In this document: positions 37,877 through 46,153 of the stretch, in pieces
Numbering within the stretch: position 1 is the first letter of the stretch
Layout: the number at the start of each line of letters is the position of its first letter
Assembly: GCA_028286585.1 (NCBI GenBank)
Contig: JAQBRI010000011.1
Coordinates: 1,648-65,647, forward strand
DNA from: Candidatus Kaiserbacteria bacterium
GTDB taxonomy: Bacteria; Patescibacteriota; Minisyncoccia; Phycocordibacterales; UBA2100
Direction of reading: 5' to 3'
DNA: 64,000 nt
Notes under the pieces: generated by a model
Told to the model about the DNA's origin: nothing
Seen by the model: the letters and a program-made list of their open reading frames with translations, nothing else
Databases searched by the model: none
Position numbers and translations under genes: made by a program

Positions 37877-38521
37877 TTATACGTCGTTCTTTTTCTTACT
37901 ATCGATCACTGCTTGTACCGCCTTAAGTTTGGAGGGAGCTACATATACGTATTCAAGAATCGTAGTAAAAAAATCATCTATTATTCTTGCGTCTTCAAAA
38001 CCTACTTTTGTGTCAGTTGCGTGCGCCCCGACGTTACCAAAAAATCTTAAAGCAGTAGTCATCTTTGACAAAGTTGGGGGGATAATTTCCTTCTTTACCA
38101 GATCATTTAGCTGATTAACGAGATTTTTTCCAACTGCATGCTGATCTTTACAAATATATTCCAGACAGCGACGTATTAATACGGCGAAAGCAATTGGGGA
38201 TATTCTAAATACACGTTTAGCCTCCGTATAATTTTCTATTATAACAAGAGGGACACTGCCGTCATATTTCTTGGAACTTGGGTAAAGTAAAAAAGCTTCG
38301 TTCAAATCCCCCAAGTCTGCACTTTCACCCCAATCAGAATAAAGCGAAAACTCAGAACAATTTTTACATTGTGCCAAAAATAAATAAGTTTCAACTTCTC
38401 TATCATCCCCCGGATGAAATTCTACTATTTCACTTTTACCTTGAACATGGAAAATTACTGTTTGCGAAGTTTTTTGATGACAATGTTGGCAATTTATCAA
38501 TTGCAACTTCGATGTAGTCAT
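37877..38521 (-). CDS. Zn-ribbon + DUF4145 protein
   Basis: CQHC..CKNC, VPxxIxxxYxEA, RRCLEYIC and RFFGNVGAH. Confidence 0.85.
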   Translation of the reverse strand: MTTSKLQLINCQHCHQKTSQTVIFHVQGKSEIVEFHPGDDREVETYLFLAQCKNCSEFSLYSDWGESADLGDLNEAFLLYPSSKKYDGSVPLVIIENYTEAKRVFRISPIAFAVLIRRCLEYICKDQHAVGKNLVNQLNDLVKKEIIPPTLSKMTTALRFFGNVGAHATDTKVGFEDARIIDDFFTTILEYVYVAPSKLKAVQAVIDSKKKNDV

Positions 38522-38523
38522 AC

Positions 38524-41403
38524 TTATTTAATTACAAAATTCACCAACTTATTAGGTACTACGATCACGCGGATGATGTTTTGATCTTTAAGGCGGTCGG
38601 AGGCGATGGTGCGAGCGATCTTTTCAAGAGTTTCATTATCGGTGTCGGTGGCTGCGCGGAACTGCTCGCGCATTTTCCCGTTGATAGATACCATAATAGT
38701 TACTTCGGACACTGCCAAAAATTTCTTATCGGCCTTTGGCCACTTTTCGAGGTGTATCGACTTTTTGTTACCAAGCACACTCCACATCTCCTCAGTTATA
38801 TGCGGAGCAAACGGTGCCAATATTCGTAGGAATGTTGCCAATTGCTTCTCCCCTACCCCCTTTTTTTCTACCTCGTTTACAAAAACCATCATTGCGGAAA
38901 CTGCGGTATTAAACTTCATTTCCTCTATATCCCCACCCACCTTTTGAATACACACATGCAATGCGTGGTTAACATCTGCTACTTCTTTCTTTTGTACAAT
39001 ATCCTGCAGTCGCCAAATACGATCGAGAAAGCGTTTTACGCCCACCATGTTGTTGGTGTTCCAGGCAATCGATTCGCCAAATGGACCCATAAACATTTCA
39101 TAGACTCGCAGCGTATCAGCGCCAACTGCTTTTATTATTTCGTCAGGGCTCAGCGCATTGCCTTTTGACTTACTCATCTTTGCCCCTCCTTCGGCCAAAA
39201 TAAGCCCATGGCTCGTCCGTTTTATATAAGGCTCGCTTGTGGGTACTAGTTTAAGATCGTAGAGGAATTTGTGCCAAAAGCGGCTGTACAGCAAGTGGAG
39301 TGTTGTGTGCTCCATACCTCCGTTGTACCAGTCAACTGGAGTCCATTTCTTTAAAAGTGTTTTGTCGGCAAGAGCTTTTTTGTTCTTTGGATCAACATAT
39401 CGCAAAAAGTACCATGATGAACCTGCCCAGTTTGGCATCGTGTCAGTCTCGCGGCGTGCCCAGTTTTTGCACTGAGGACATTTTACCCGCAGCCACTTTT
39501 CCATAGTCGAAAGCGGAGATTCTCCGTCGTCTGTTGGTTCGTACTTTTTGACGTTGGGAAGTTTGACCGGCAAATCCTTTTCTGGCACAGGAATCCATCC
39601 AAGTGTCTCTGGATTCTTAAGGCCACAGTATTCACAGCGGATCATTGGAATTGGTTCGCCCCAGTATCGCTGACGAGAGAAAACCCAATCACGAAGTTTG
39701 AACGTTGTTATCATCTTGCCTCCCACCTCATCAACAATCTTTTTCATTGCTTCGGCACTTTCCATTCGATTATAAGTACTCGAATTAGACAGTGTGCCGT
39801 AGTCAGTATAAATTCCCCCGTTACCACTCAAGACTTTGAGAAAGTACTGGTGCGTATCTGCAGTCAAGAATTTAGCGAGCTCTGCTTTTGTAAGCCACAT
39901 GACCTCGTGCATTGCTTCCTCTTTTGTATCTACCGAAACTCGCTCGTCGTTTTCAAGCTCAAGATACACCATGTGTGCATGAGAATTGCGATTGGTCTTT
40001 TTTGGAACGTGATAAAACTTGCCGTGTACAATTCCATAATCTTTTACAAAGCGTGCATTCTTGTATCCTACCTCTTCGAGCAGTTCTGCTTTTGCTGCAG
40101 TCTCTGGTGTCTGTCCCTTCTCGATACCTCCGGTAATAAAAGTGCCCCATGCAACCTGTTTCCACTTAAGACCAATGTATTTGTCTTCTGACCAATGTTT
40201 TACGACTGCAATAATAGCTTCACGATGATCAAATGGTTCACCCTCCCGAATCTTGCCTGGCTCTGTTGTCTGACTGTAGGTTGGTTCGATCACCTGCCTT
40301 ATCGGCAAATCAAACTTTTTTGCAAACTCATTGTCGCGCTGATCGTGCGCTGGTACTGCCATAATAGCGCCAGTACCGTAGTGTGCGAGTACATAGTCTG
40401 CAATATAGACTGGAATCTTTTCTTTATTCGCTGGGTTGATAGCCCAAATGCCTTCAAGGCGTACACCTGTCTTTTCTTTGCCTTCGGCAGTACGTTCGAT
40501 TTCGGGTTTGTTTTTTGCGGCTTTTGCATACGCTCGCACTGCATCTTCATTATTCAAAAGTCCCTTGTGCGTAAGTGAAAGTGTTACAAACAAATGATCT
40601 GGCGCGAGTACCAGGTATGTCGCTCCAAACAAAGTGTCTGGGCGTGTGGTAAAGACTGCAAGAGAACCATCTTGTGCCTTGGGTTGATTATCAAATGTTA
40701 CGGCAAAATTTATTTCGGCACCCTCACTTTTACCTATCCAGTTGCGCTGCTGTGTTTTGATTTTTTCCAGATATTCGACACCATCGAGATCGTTGTACAA
40801 ACGTTCTGCATACTTGGTAATTGCAAGCATCCATTGCTCTTTCTCACGTTTTTCGACAACACTTCCGCAACGTTCACAGCATCCGTCGACGACTTCTTCG
40901 TTTGCGAGCCCAATCTTATCGACTGGGCACCAGTTAATAGGCATCTTACTTTTGTATGCAAGACCTTTTTTGTACATCTGCAAAAAGATCCACTGCGTCC
41001 ATTTGTAGTATTCGGGATCAGTGGTATTGATCTCGCGTGACCAGTCAAACGAAAATCCTATTCGCTTGAGTTGTTTGCGAAAGGTATCGGTATTTTGTTT
41101 TGTAACTTTTGCCGGATGAATACCAGTTTTGATGGCGTAGTTCTCGGTTGGAAGTCCAAAGGCGTCCCATCCTATTGGATACAAAACGTCGTACCCTTCG
41201 GCACGACGCTTGTGGGAAATAATATCCATTGCAGTGTTAGATCGCACGTGTCCAACATGGAGTCCGCTACCAGATGGGTACGGGAACTCGATAAGGGCAT
41301 AGAACTTCTTTTTGCCTGCCACTTTTGGCGCTTGCCAGATTTTGGACTTTTCCCACTTTGCCTGCCACTTTTTTTCGATTTTGTTGTGGTCGTACTTGCT
41401 CAT
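38524..41403 (-). CDS. leuS: Leucine-tRNA ligase with internal Nudix-like insertion
   Basis: FPYPSG.GLHVGH, GWDAFGLP, CP1 FTTRPDT and GTGAIMAVPAHD, and KMSKS; the insert contains GGIEKGQTPETAAKAELLEEVG. Confidence 0.97.
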   Translation of the reverse strand: MSKYDHNKIEKKWQAKWEKSKIWQAPKVAGKKKFYALIEFPYPSGSGLHVGHVRSNTAMDIISHKRRAEGYDVLYPIGWDAFGLPTENYAIKTGIHPAKVTKQNTDTFRKQLKRIGFSFDWSREINTTDPEYYKWTQWIFLQMYKKGLAYKSKMPINWCPVDKIGLANEEVVDGCCERCGSVVEKREKEQWMLAITKYAERLYNDLDGVEYLEKIKTQQRNWIGKSEGAEINFAVTFDNQPKAQDGSLAVFTTRPDTLFGATYLVLAPDHLFVTLSLTHKGLLNNEDAVRAYAKAAKNKPEIERTAEGKEKTGVRLEGIWAINPANKEKIPVYIADYVLAHYGTGAIMAVPAHDQRDNEFAKKFDLPIRQVIEPTYSQTTEPGKIREGEPFDHREAIIAVVKHWSEDKYIGLKWKQVAWGTFITGGIEKGQTPETAAKAELLEEVGYKNARFVKDYGIVHGKFYHVPKKTNRNSHAHMVYLELENDERVSVDTKEEAMHEVMWLTKAELAKFLTADTHQYFLKVLSGNGGIYTDYGTLSNSSTYNRMESAEAMKKIVDEVGGKMITTFKLRDWVFSRQRYWGEPIPMIRCEYCGLKNPETLGWIPVPEKDLPVKLPNVKKYEPTDDGESPLSTMEKWLRVKCPQCKNWARRETDTMPNWAGSSWYFLRYVDPKNKKALADKTLLKKWTPVDWYNGGMEHTTLHLLYSRFWHKFLYDLKLVPTSEPYIKRTSHGLILAEGGAKMSKSKGNALSPDEIIKAVGADTLRVYEMFMGPFGESIAWNTNNMVGVKRFLDRIWRLQDIVQKKEVADVNHALHVCIQKVGGDIEEMKFNTAVSAMMVFVNEVEKKGVGEKQLATFLRILAPFAPHITEEMWSVLGNKKSIHLEKWPKADKKFLAVSEVTIMVSINGKMREQFRAATDTDNETLEKIARTIASDRLKDQNIIRVIVVPNKLVNFVIK

Positions 41404-41446
41404 ATTGAACACTCTATCATGTGGAATATGATCAAGCTATATTGTG

Positions 41447-42388
41447 TTACTTGGCTTGAATGGGTGCTTGTACTGGGTATCGCTTTGGGTCGATAGTACG
41501 GTCAAAGCACACATGTCCGGGGCCATGCGTCCATGAATCTCCTCCATTTCCATATGGACCTGTTGGATATGCGACATTGCCCGAACCTTGTGACTGTTCG
41601 TTAAAGTCTGCACACAATTCAAACGTATTCTTGCCGGTCACCTTGTATTCGAACGGTAGGTTTGTTTGCGGATCCATTGGAACCGAATATCCGGCTGTAG
41701 AATCGTTGAGTACATTGAGCTGATCTGGCAGCTTGTTCTCACGCTGCCAATATTGAATGATTTGTTCCTGAATGTTTTGGAGGCTTGTTACCTTTTGATC
41801 ATCATATCGATACATACGAGTCTGCTGTGGTGTGCCAAATATGACAAAGCCCGAGAGAATCGTCGCAACGACAAGCACAATCACTCCAATCGCTACATGT
41901 TGTGCGTATTTTGGATTTTGTTTCCAGTAGCCACGTACATCAGCCAAAAAGTGCATAAAGCCGATACTCGCAATGCCAATGATAATGACAGCCTTGAGAA
42001 TGAATGCCTGCGCAATCTCACCACTGAGAAAGTCGTTGATGACATATACCAGTGTGCCTACGATCGTAAGACCACTAATAAAAAGCGTAAGGTACAGCGC
42101 CCAGCGACGAACCCATATTTCTGCACGCGACGCGTCGGCAGCAATCGACTGTCGGATAAAGTACATAAGTGCAAAAAATACTGGTACAAGCACAATAAGC
42201 GAGGCCATTTCAAATCGCACCGATCCACTAGAAAAGTCGACGTAATAATAAGGATTCAACGGATCTGGATACACCTTGTCGATGTAATCAAAAAACAAAT
42301 TAATATATGCTATAACGCTCCAATAAAGTGATACCATCGCCCCTGCCCAAAGAAAGAAATCCTTTGGTGTGGTTTTGTTATTATTCAT
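41447..42388 (-). CDS. DUF5671 domain membrane protein
   Basis: PKDFFL N-terminus, about 5 TM helices and a C-terminal DP.T..PFEY...FELCA.F domain. Confidence 0.7.
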   Translation of the reverse strand: MNNNKTTPKDFFLWAGAMVSLYWSVIAYINLFFDYIDKVYPDPLNPYYYVDFSSGSVRFEMASLIVLVPVFFALMYFIRQSIAADASRAEIWVRRWALYLTLFISGLTIVGTLVYVINDFLSGEIAQAFILKAVIIIGIASIGFMHFLADVRGYWKQNPKYAQHVAIGVIVLVVATILSGFVIFGTPQQTRMYRYDDQKVTSLQNIQEQIIQYWQRENKLPDQLNVLNDSTAGYSVPMDPQTNLPFEYKVTGKNTFELCADFNEQSQGSGNVAYPTGPYGNGGDSWTHGPGHVCFDRTIDPKRYPVQAPIQAK

Positions 42389-42452
42389 ACATATAAGTGT
42401 ACCCTACCCTTTCGTATCGGCAACTACACCAATATGTTATTATTTCTGTGTT

Positions 42453-43046
42453 ATGGAGGTCATACTATCCACTCGCAATCCAACTAAAATCAAACAGATT
42501 CAGGCGGTATTTGCCGATTCGAGTATTAAAATACTTAGCCTTGATGAAGTAGGTATTTCTGGCGAAGCAATCGAAGACGGAACTACTCTTGGCGAAAATG
42601 CATTTAAGAAAGCTCGCTATGCATACGACAATTCCGATAAATCCCGCTGGTGTATGGCAGATGATACTGGAATATTTATTGCATCTCTCAATAATGAGCC
42701 AGGAATATACGCAGCACGATGGGCTGGTGAAGGCGCTTCGACAGAAGACACGATGGCCTACGCACTCAAACGACTTGAGGGACAGCAAGATCGCAGTGCA
42801 ACATTTAAAACATTTGTGGCAGTTGTCTCGCCCGAAGGAGTAGAGTATTCATTTGAAGGAGCCGTTGAGGGCACGATGCGAGAATCTGCAAACGTCTCCC
42901 CGCAACCAAAGATGCCCTACAGTCCCCTATTTGTACCAAACGGATATACGCAATCGTGGTCAGAAATGACAACCGAAGAAGAAAATAAAATTTCTCACCG
43001 CGGCCAAGCTTTTCGTAAAGTCAGATCATTCTTAGAATCCATTTAA
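42453..43046 (+). CDS. rdgB: Non-canonical purine NTP pyrophosphatase (Ham1)
   Basis: TRNPTK, ENAFKKA, ADDTG, PGIYAAR and KISHRGQA motifs. Confidence 0.92.
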   Translation: MEVILSTRNPTKIKQIQAVFADSSIKILSLDEVGISGEAIEDGTTLGENAFKKARYAYDNSDKSRWCMADDTGIFIASLNNEPGIYAARWAGEGASTEDTMAYALKRLEGQQDRSATFKTFVAVVSPEGVEYSFEGAVEGTMRESANVSPQPKMPYSPLFVPNGYTQSWSEMTTEEENKISHRGQAFRKVRSFLESI

Positions 43047-43056
43047 TTCTTGTTTG

Positions 43057-43183
43057 ATAAAATAGTCATAAATTGTGTTCAATTCGAGGCGCGCAAGAAA
43101 AATAGAAAGAGACGTATCTTTGATACGGTGAATGATATTTTTTGAAGCGCAACGAAGAAGTGGACCGATTTTGGCTGTTTTAT
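43057..43183 (+). repeat. Long imperfect rod-like hairpin (REP-like element or structured RNA)
   Basis: ATAAAATAGTCA/TGGCTGTTTTAT outer stem, GCGC/GCGC, and apical CGTATC-TTT-GATACG; many T-G pairs on the + strand. Confidence 0.6.
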
Positions 43184-43185
43184 GG

Positions 43186-44289
43186 CTAACCGTGTTTGAA
43201 CTCGGTCACATCGCCGTCCTGGAAAATATATTCTTTTCCCTCACTACGCACCAATCCTTTTTCGCGAGCCTTGCTCCACGACCCTTCCGTAAGTAGTTGA
43301 TCCCATTGAATTACATCAGCACGAATGAATTTGTTCATAAAGTCTGTGTGAATTGCACCAGCCGCCTGAGGAGCGGTTGAATTGCGCGGAATAGTCCATG
43401 CGCGAGTCTCATCTTCGCCTGTTGTAAAATACGAAATAAGATCCAGAAGTGCGTATCCACCTTTGATAAGTGCATCAAGTCCGTCGTCGGACACTCCCAA
43501 TTCGTTTCGAAAATCTCGCTTCTCGTCTTCGTGCACGTCTGCAAGTTCGTTTTCGACTCCGGCATCGATGATTACATATGATGCGTTTCGCTCTTCAATA
43601 AATCGCTGGAGGTCCGCCCATCGAGCACCTCTTTCTGCATCAACATTCACAACGCCGCTTTTACGGTTAAGAACATAGAGGATTGGCTTCATCGTAAGTA
43701 AGTGAAGCGACTTAATCGAAAGCAACTCCTCATCGTCGAGTACAACCGTGCGCGCTGCTTTTCCGTTTTGAAGTGTGGGAAGAATTTTCTTAATGGTCTC
43801 TCGTTCGAGCACTGCAGCTTTATCTGCTCCACTGCGAGCATCTCGTTCGACACGCTCAAGCCGCTTGGTTGTACTATCAAGATCGGCAAGCACAAGCTCG
43901 AGGTCGATTACTTCGATGTCGCGGATTGGATCAACAGTTCCGGCAACATGGTGCACGTCTTCGTCATCAAACATACGCACGACTTCGGCGATAGCATCGA
44001 CTTCGCGAATATGATTTAAAAATTGATTACCCAACCCTTCGCCTTGTGATGCTCCTTGCACCAAGCCTGCAATATCAACAAATTCAACAATAGCTGGAGT
44101 GGTCTTTTTTGACTGTGACATTTCCGAAAGCCGTGTGAGGCGAATGTCCGGTACCGCAACTACACCGACCGATGGATCGATAGTACAAAATGGATAATTT
44201 TCTGCGGGAACGCCTTTGCGAGTAAGCGCATTAAAGAGCGTCGATTTACCGACGTTGGGAAGTCCTACAATACCGATAGAAAGTGACAT
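43186..44289 (-). CDS. ychF: Redox-regulated ATPase YchF
   Basis: GIVGLPNVGKST, NYPFCTIDP, DIAGLV and a TGS domain. Confidence 0.96.
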   Translation of the reverse strand: MSLSIGIVGLPNVGKSTLFNALTRKGVPAENYPFCTIDPSVGVVAVPDIRLTRLSEMSQSKKTTPAIVEFVDIAGLVQGASQGEGLGNQFLNHIREVDAIAEVVRMFDDEDVHHVAGTVDPIRDIEVIDLELVLADLDSTTKRLERVERDARSGADKAAVLERETIKKILPTLQNGKAARTVVLDDEELLSIKSLHLLTMKPILYVLNRKSGVVNVDAERGARWADLQRFIEERNASYVIIDAGVENELADVHEDEKRDFRNELGVSDDGLDALIKGGYALLDLISYFTTGEDETRAWTIPRNSTAPQAAGAIHTDFMNKFIRADVIQWDQLLTEGSWSKAREKGLVRSEGKEYIFQDGDVTEFKHG

Positions 44290-44333
44290 GGGGGCAATTA
44301 TAGCCGAAATTTGGGCAATTTTCAACGCTCCAC

Positions 44334-46058
44334 CTAGTCAACATATATATTGACCGACTTCTGATCAATTATGTTTCCGCTCGTGTCTTTGCTTACAAAA
44401 GTGATTTTGTACGGTCCGCTTCCCTTCCAGTTCCAGTTTGTAAGATCAGTCAAGAATTCCTTATGTGGGTAATCAGTTTGATTATCGCTCATAAGTACCA
44501 AACCACCTCCATCTACCTGCCAGTACATCGTGTATTGTGATAGCGTAAAACCCGAAAGCATTGCCTTAAATGGCTGCGTACCGTGTACGTGTGATCCATC
44601 ACTTGGCCACCAAATGTTAGTTTGACCATTTCCTGTTGTGGGTGGAGGTGTCGAGGTTGTTCCGGCAGTAACCGAGAATGTTTGTGCAGAATTGAGCCAG
44701 TAATAGTTTTTGGTCCATCCGCCAGCAAACACGCCTATTGCTATGCGATACTGTCCGGTTTGCGATGGAGTCCAGTGCACAGTGTTTGTATACGATGCAC
44801 TCGACTGAATTGAAACGTTTTCGATTGCCTTTTGGAAAACTCTGGTGTTGTTGGAATCGTATATTTCGATATCAACTATTCCATTTGAGAGATTTCCAGA
44901 AATATCTGTAACGGTTACGCCAAGAGACATATCCTGTCCCACAGTGCCGTTTTGTGCCGTTGCACTAGCCGAGAACGATGGATCACCCGCTGGTGTAACA
45001 GGAGCAGGAGGCGTGCCAAAATATTTAGTCATAATAGATTCTGCAGTTTTATTCTGCGGAGTATATTCATTTGAACCCGGGCCGCCAGCTGAGGCGTTTG
45101 ATTTCCAATCCCAAAGATACACTCCTTGCATGTACGAATAGTTATTCCAATAGCTAAACAGTGCTTCGTAAGCATTTGCCTGTGTTTGCATGCTTATGGG
45201 CGAAGAACGATTGTAATCCCATGGATTATTATATGAGCCTTCGATGCTGCGATACCCCACTTCGGTAAATATGATTGGCTTTCCTACCTGAGCTGCAAAA
45301 CCTTTAATATCATTTGCATTCCATGCATTCCAAGCGTTTGAAAGTGATTGCACAGAATTATCAGGCGCATTCAAGGAGTAATACGTTGAGAGTCCCACAA
45401 AATCGAGTGAAGACCAAAATCCGATGTACTTCTTTTCATTCGTAAACTGGTTGTCACTGTTATCGTTGGAGTTTGCACTATATGAAAGTTTGCCCGAATA
45501 CACTTTTCGCACATTACCGATCATCGTAACCCAATGCTGTGTATTAGTTGAATTCATTTGAGATGACGCCATGCTGACGAGCTCTGTTCCAAGTATCATA
45601 TATTCAGCTTGATGTGCCTGTGCAATTTGCGCTGTATGCACAAGCATTGCACCGTAATTGTTAAACCATGTATCACGGTCTGACGGATTTATATTTGCAC
45701 GCCATGCATTGTCATATGTTTCGATATGCACCTTGAGGGACACTTGCAGTCCTATTGAATGCGCATAGTCTATTCCTGCGGCAAGCGAAGCGTCGGTTGG
45801 AGTATTCCAGCCCACGGCCACGTCGGTACTATAGATATTAGTTTGATAAAACGGAATGACGAGTGCGACAGAATTTGCACCGGTATTTCGCAGTTCCTGC
45901 AGTGACTGCTTAAACGTAGCACTTGCAAAGTCTGTCGAAGACTGCGGCACAATAGAAGCACCGCGCTGCCAGCTAGAAATTGCGGCGTGCGTCGAAAATG
46001 GTACGAGAGTAGTGGCCGCAAAAAGAAACGTAATGAGAAGTGCGGATGTTATTTTCAT
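44334..46058 (-). CDS. Secreted GH113-like glycoside hydrolase (clan GH-A) with C-terminal beta domains
   Basis: Signal peptide; WR, GTEL (acid/base), YSAN, FW..LD, IFTEVGYRS (nucleophile) and YTPQNK. Confidence 0.8.
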   Translation of the reverse strand: MKITSALLITFLFAATTLVPFSTHAAISSWQRGASIVPQSSTDFASATFKQSLQELRNTGANSVALVIPFYQTNIYSTDVAVGWNTPTDASLAAGIDYAHSIGLQVSLKVHIETYDNAWRANINPSDRDTWFNNYGAMLVHTAQIAQAHQAEYMILGTELVSMASSQMNSTNTQHWVTMIGNVRKVYSGKLSYSANSNDNSDNQFTNEKKYIGFWSSLDFVGLSTYYSLNAPDNSVQSLSNAWNAWNANDIKGFAAQVGKPIIFTEVGYRSIEGSYNNPWDYNRSSPISMQTQANAYEALFSYWNNYSYMQGVYLWDWKSNASAGGPGSNEYTPQNKTAESIMTKYFGTPPAPVTPAGDPSFSASATAQNGTVGQDMSLGVTVTDISGNLSNGIVDIEIYDSNNTRVFQKAIENVSIQSSASYTNTVHWTPSQTGQYRIAIGVFAGGWTKNYYWLNSAQTFSVTAGTTSTPPPTTGNGQTNIWWPSDGSHVHGTQPFKAMLSGFTLSQYTMYWQVDGGGLVLMSDNQTDYPHKEFLTDLTNWNWKGSGPYKITFVSKDTSGNIIDQKSVNIYVD

Positions 46059-46153
46059 ATTTGATTTCAAATGGCACGTCCATGCTAATAAAAGGCACGC
46101 ATTAAACGTCCCTTTAATATTAAGAGGACGTCATCATTTCTATTTTCTTACAA

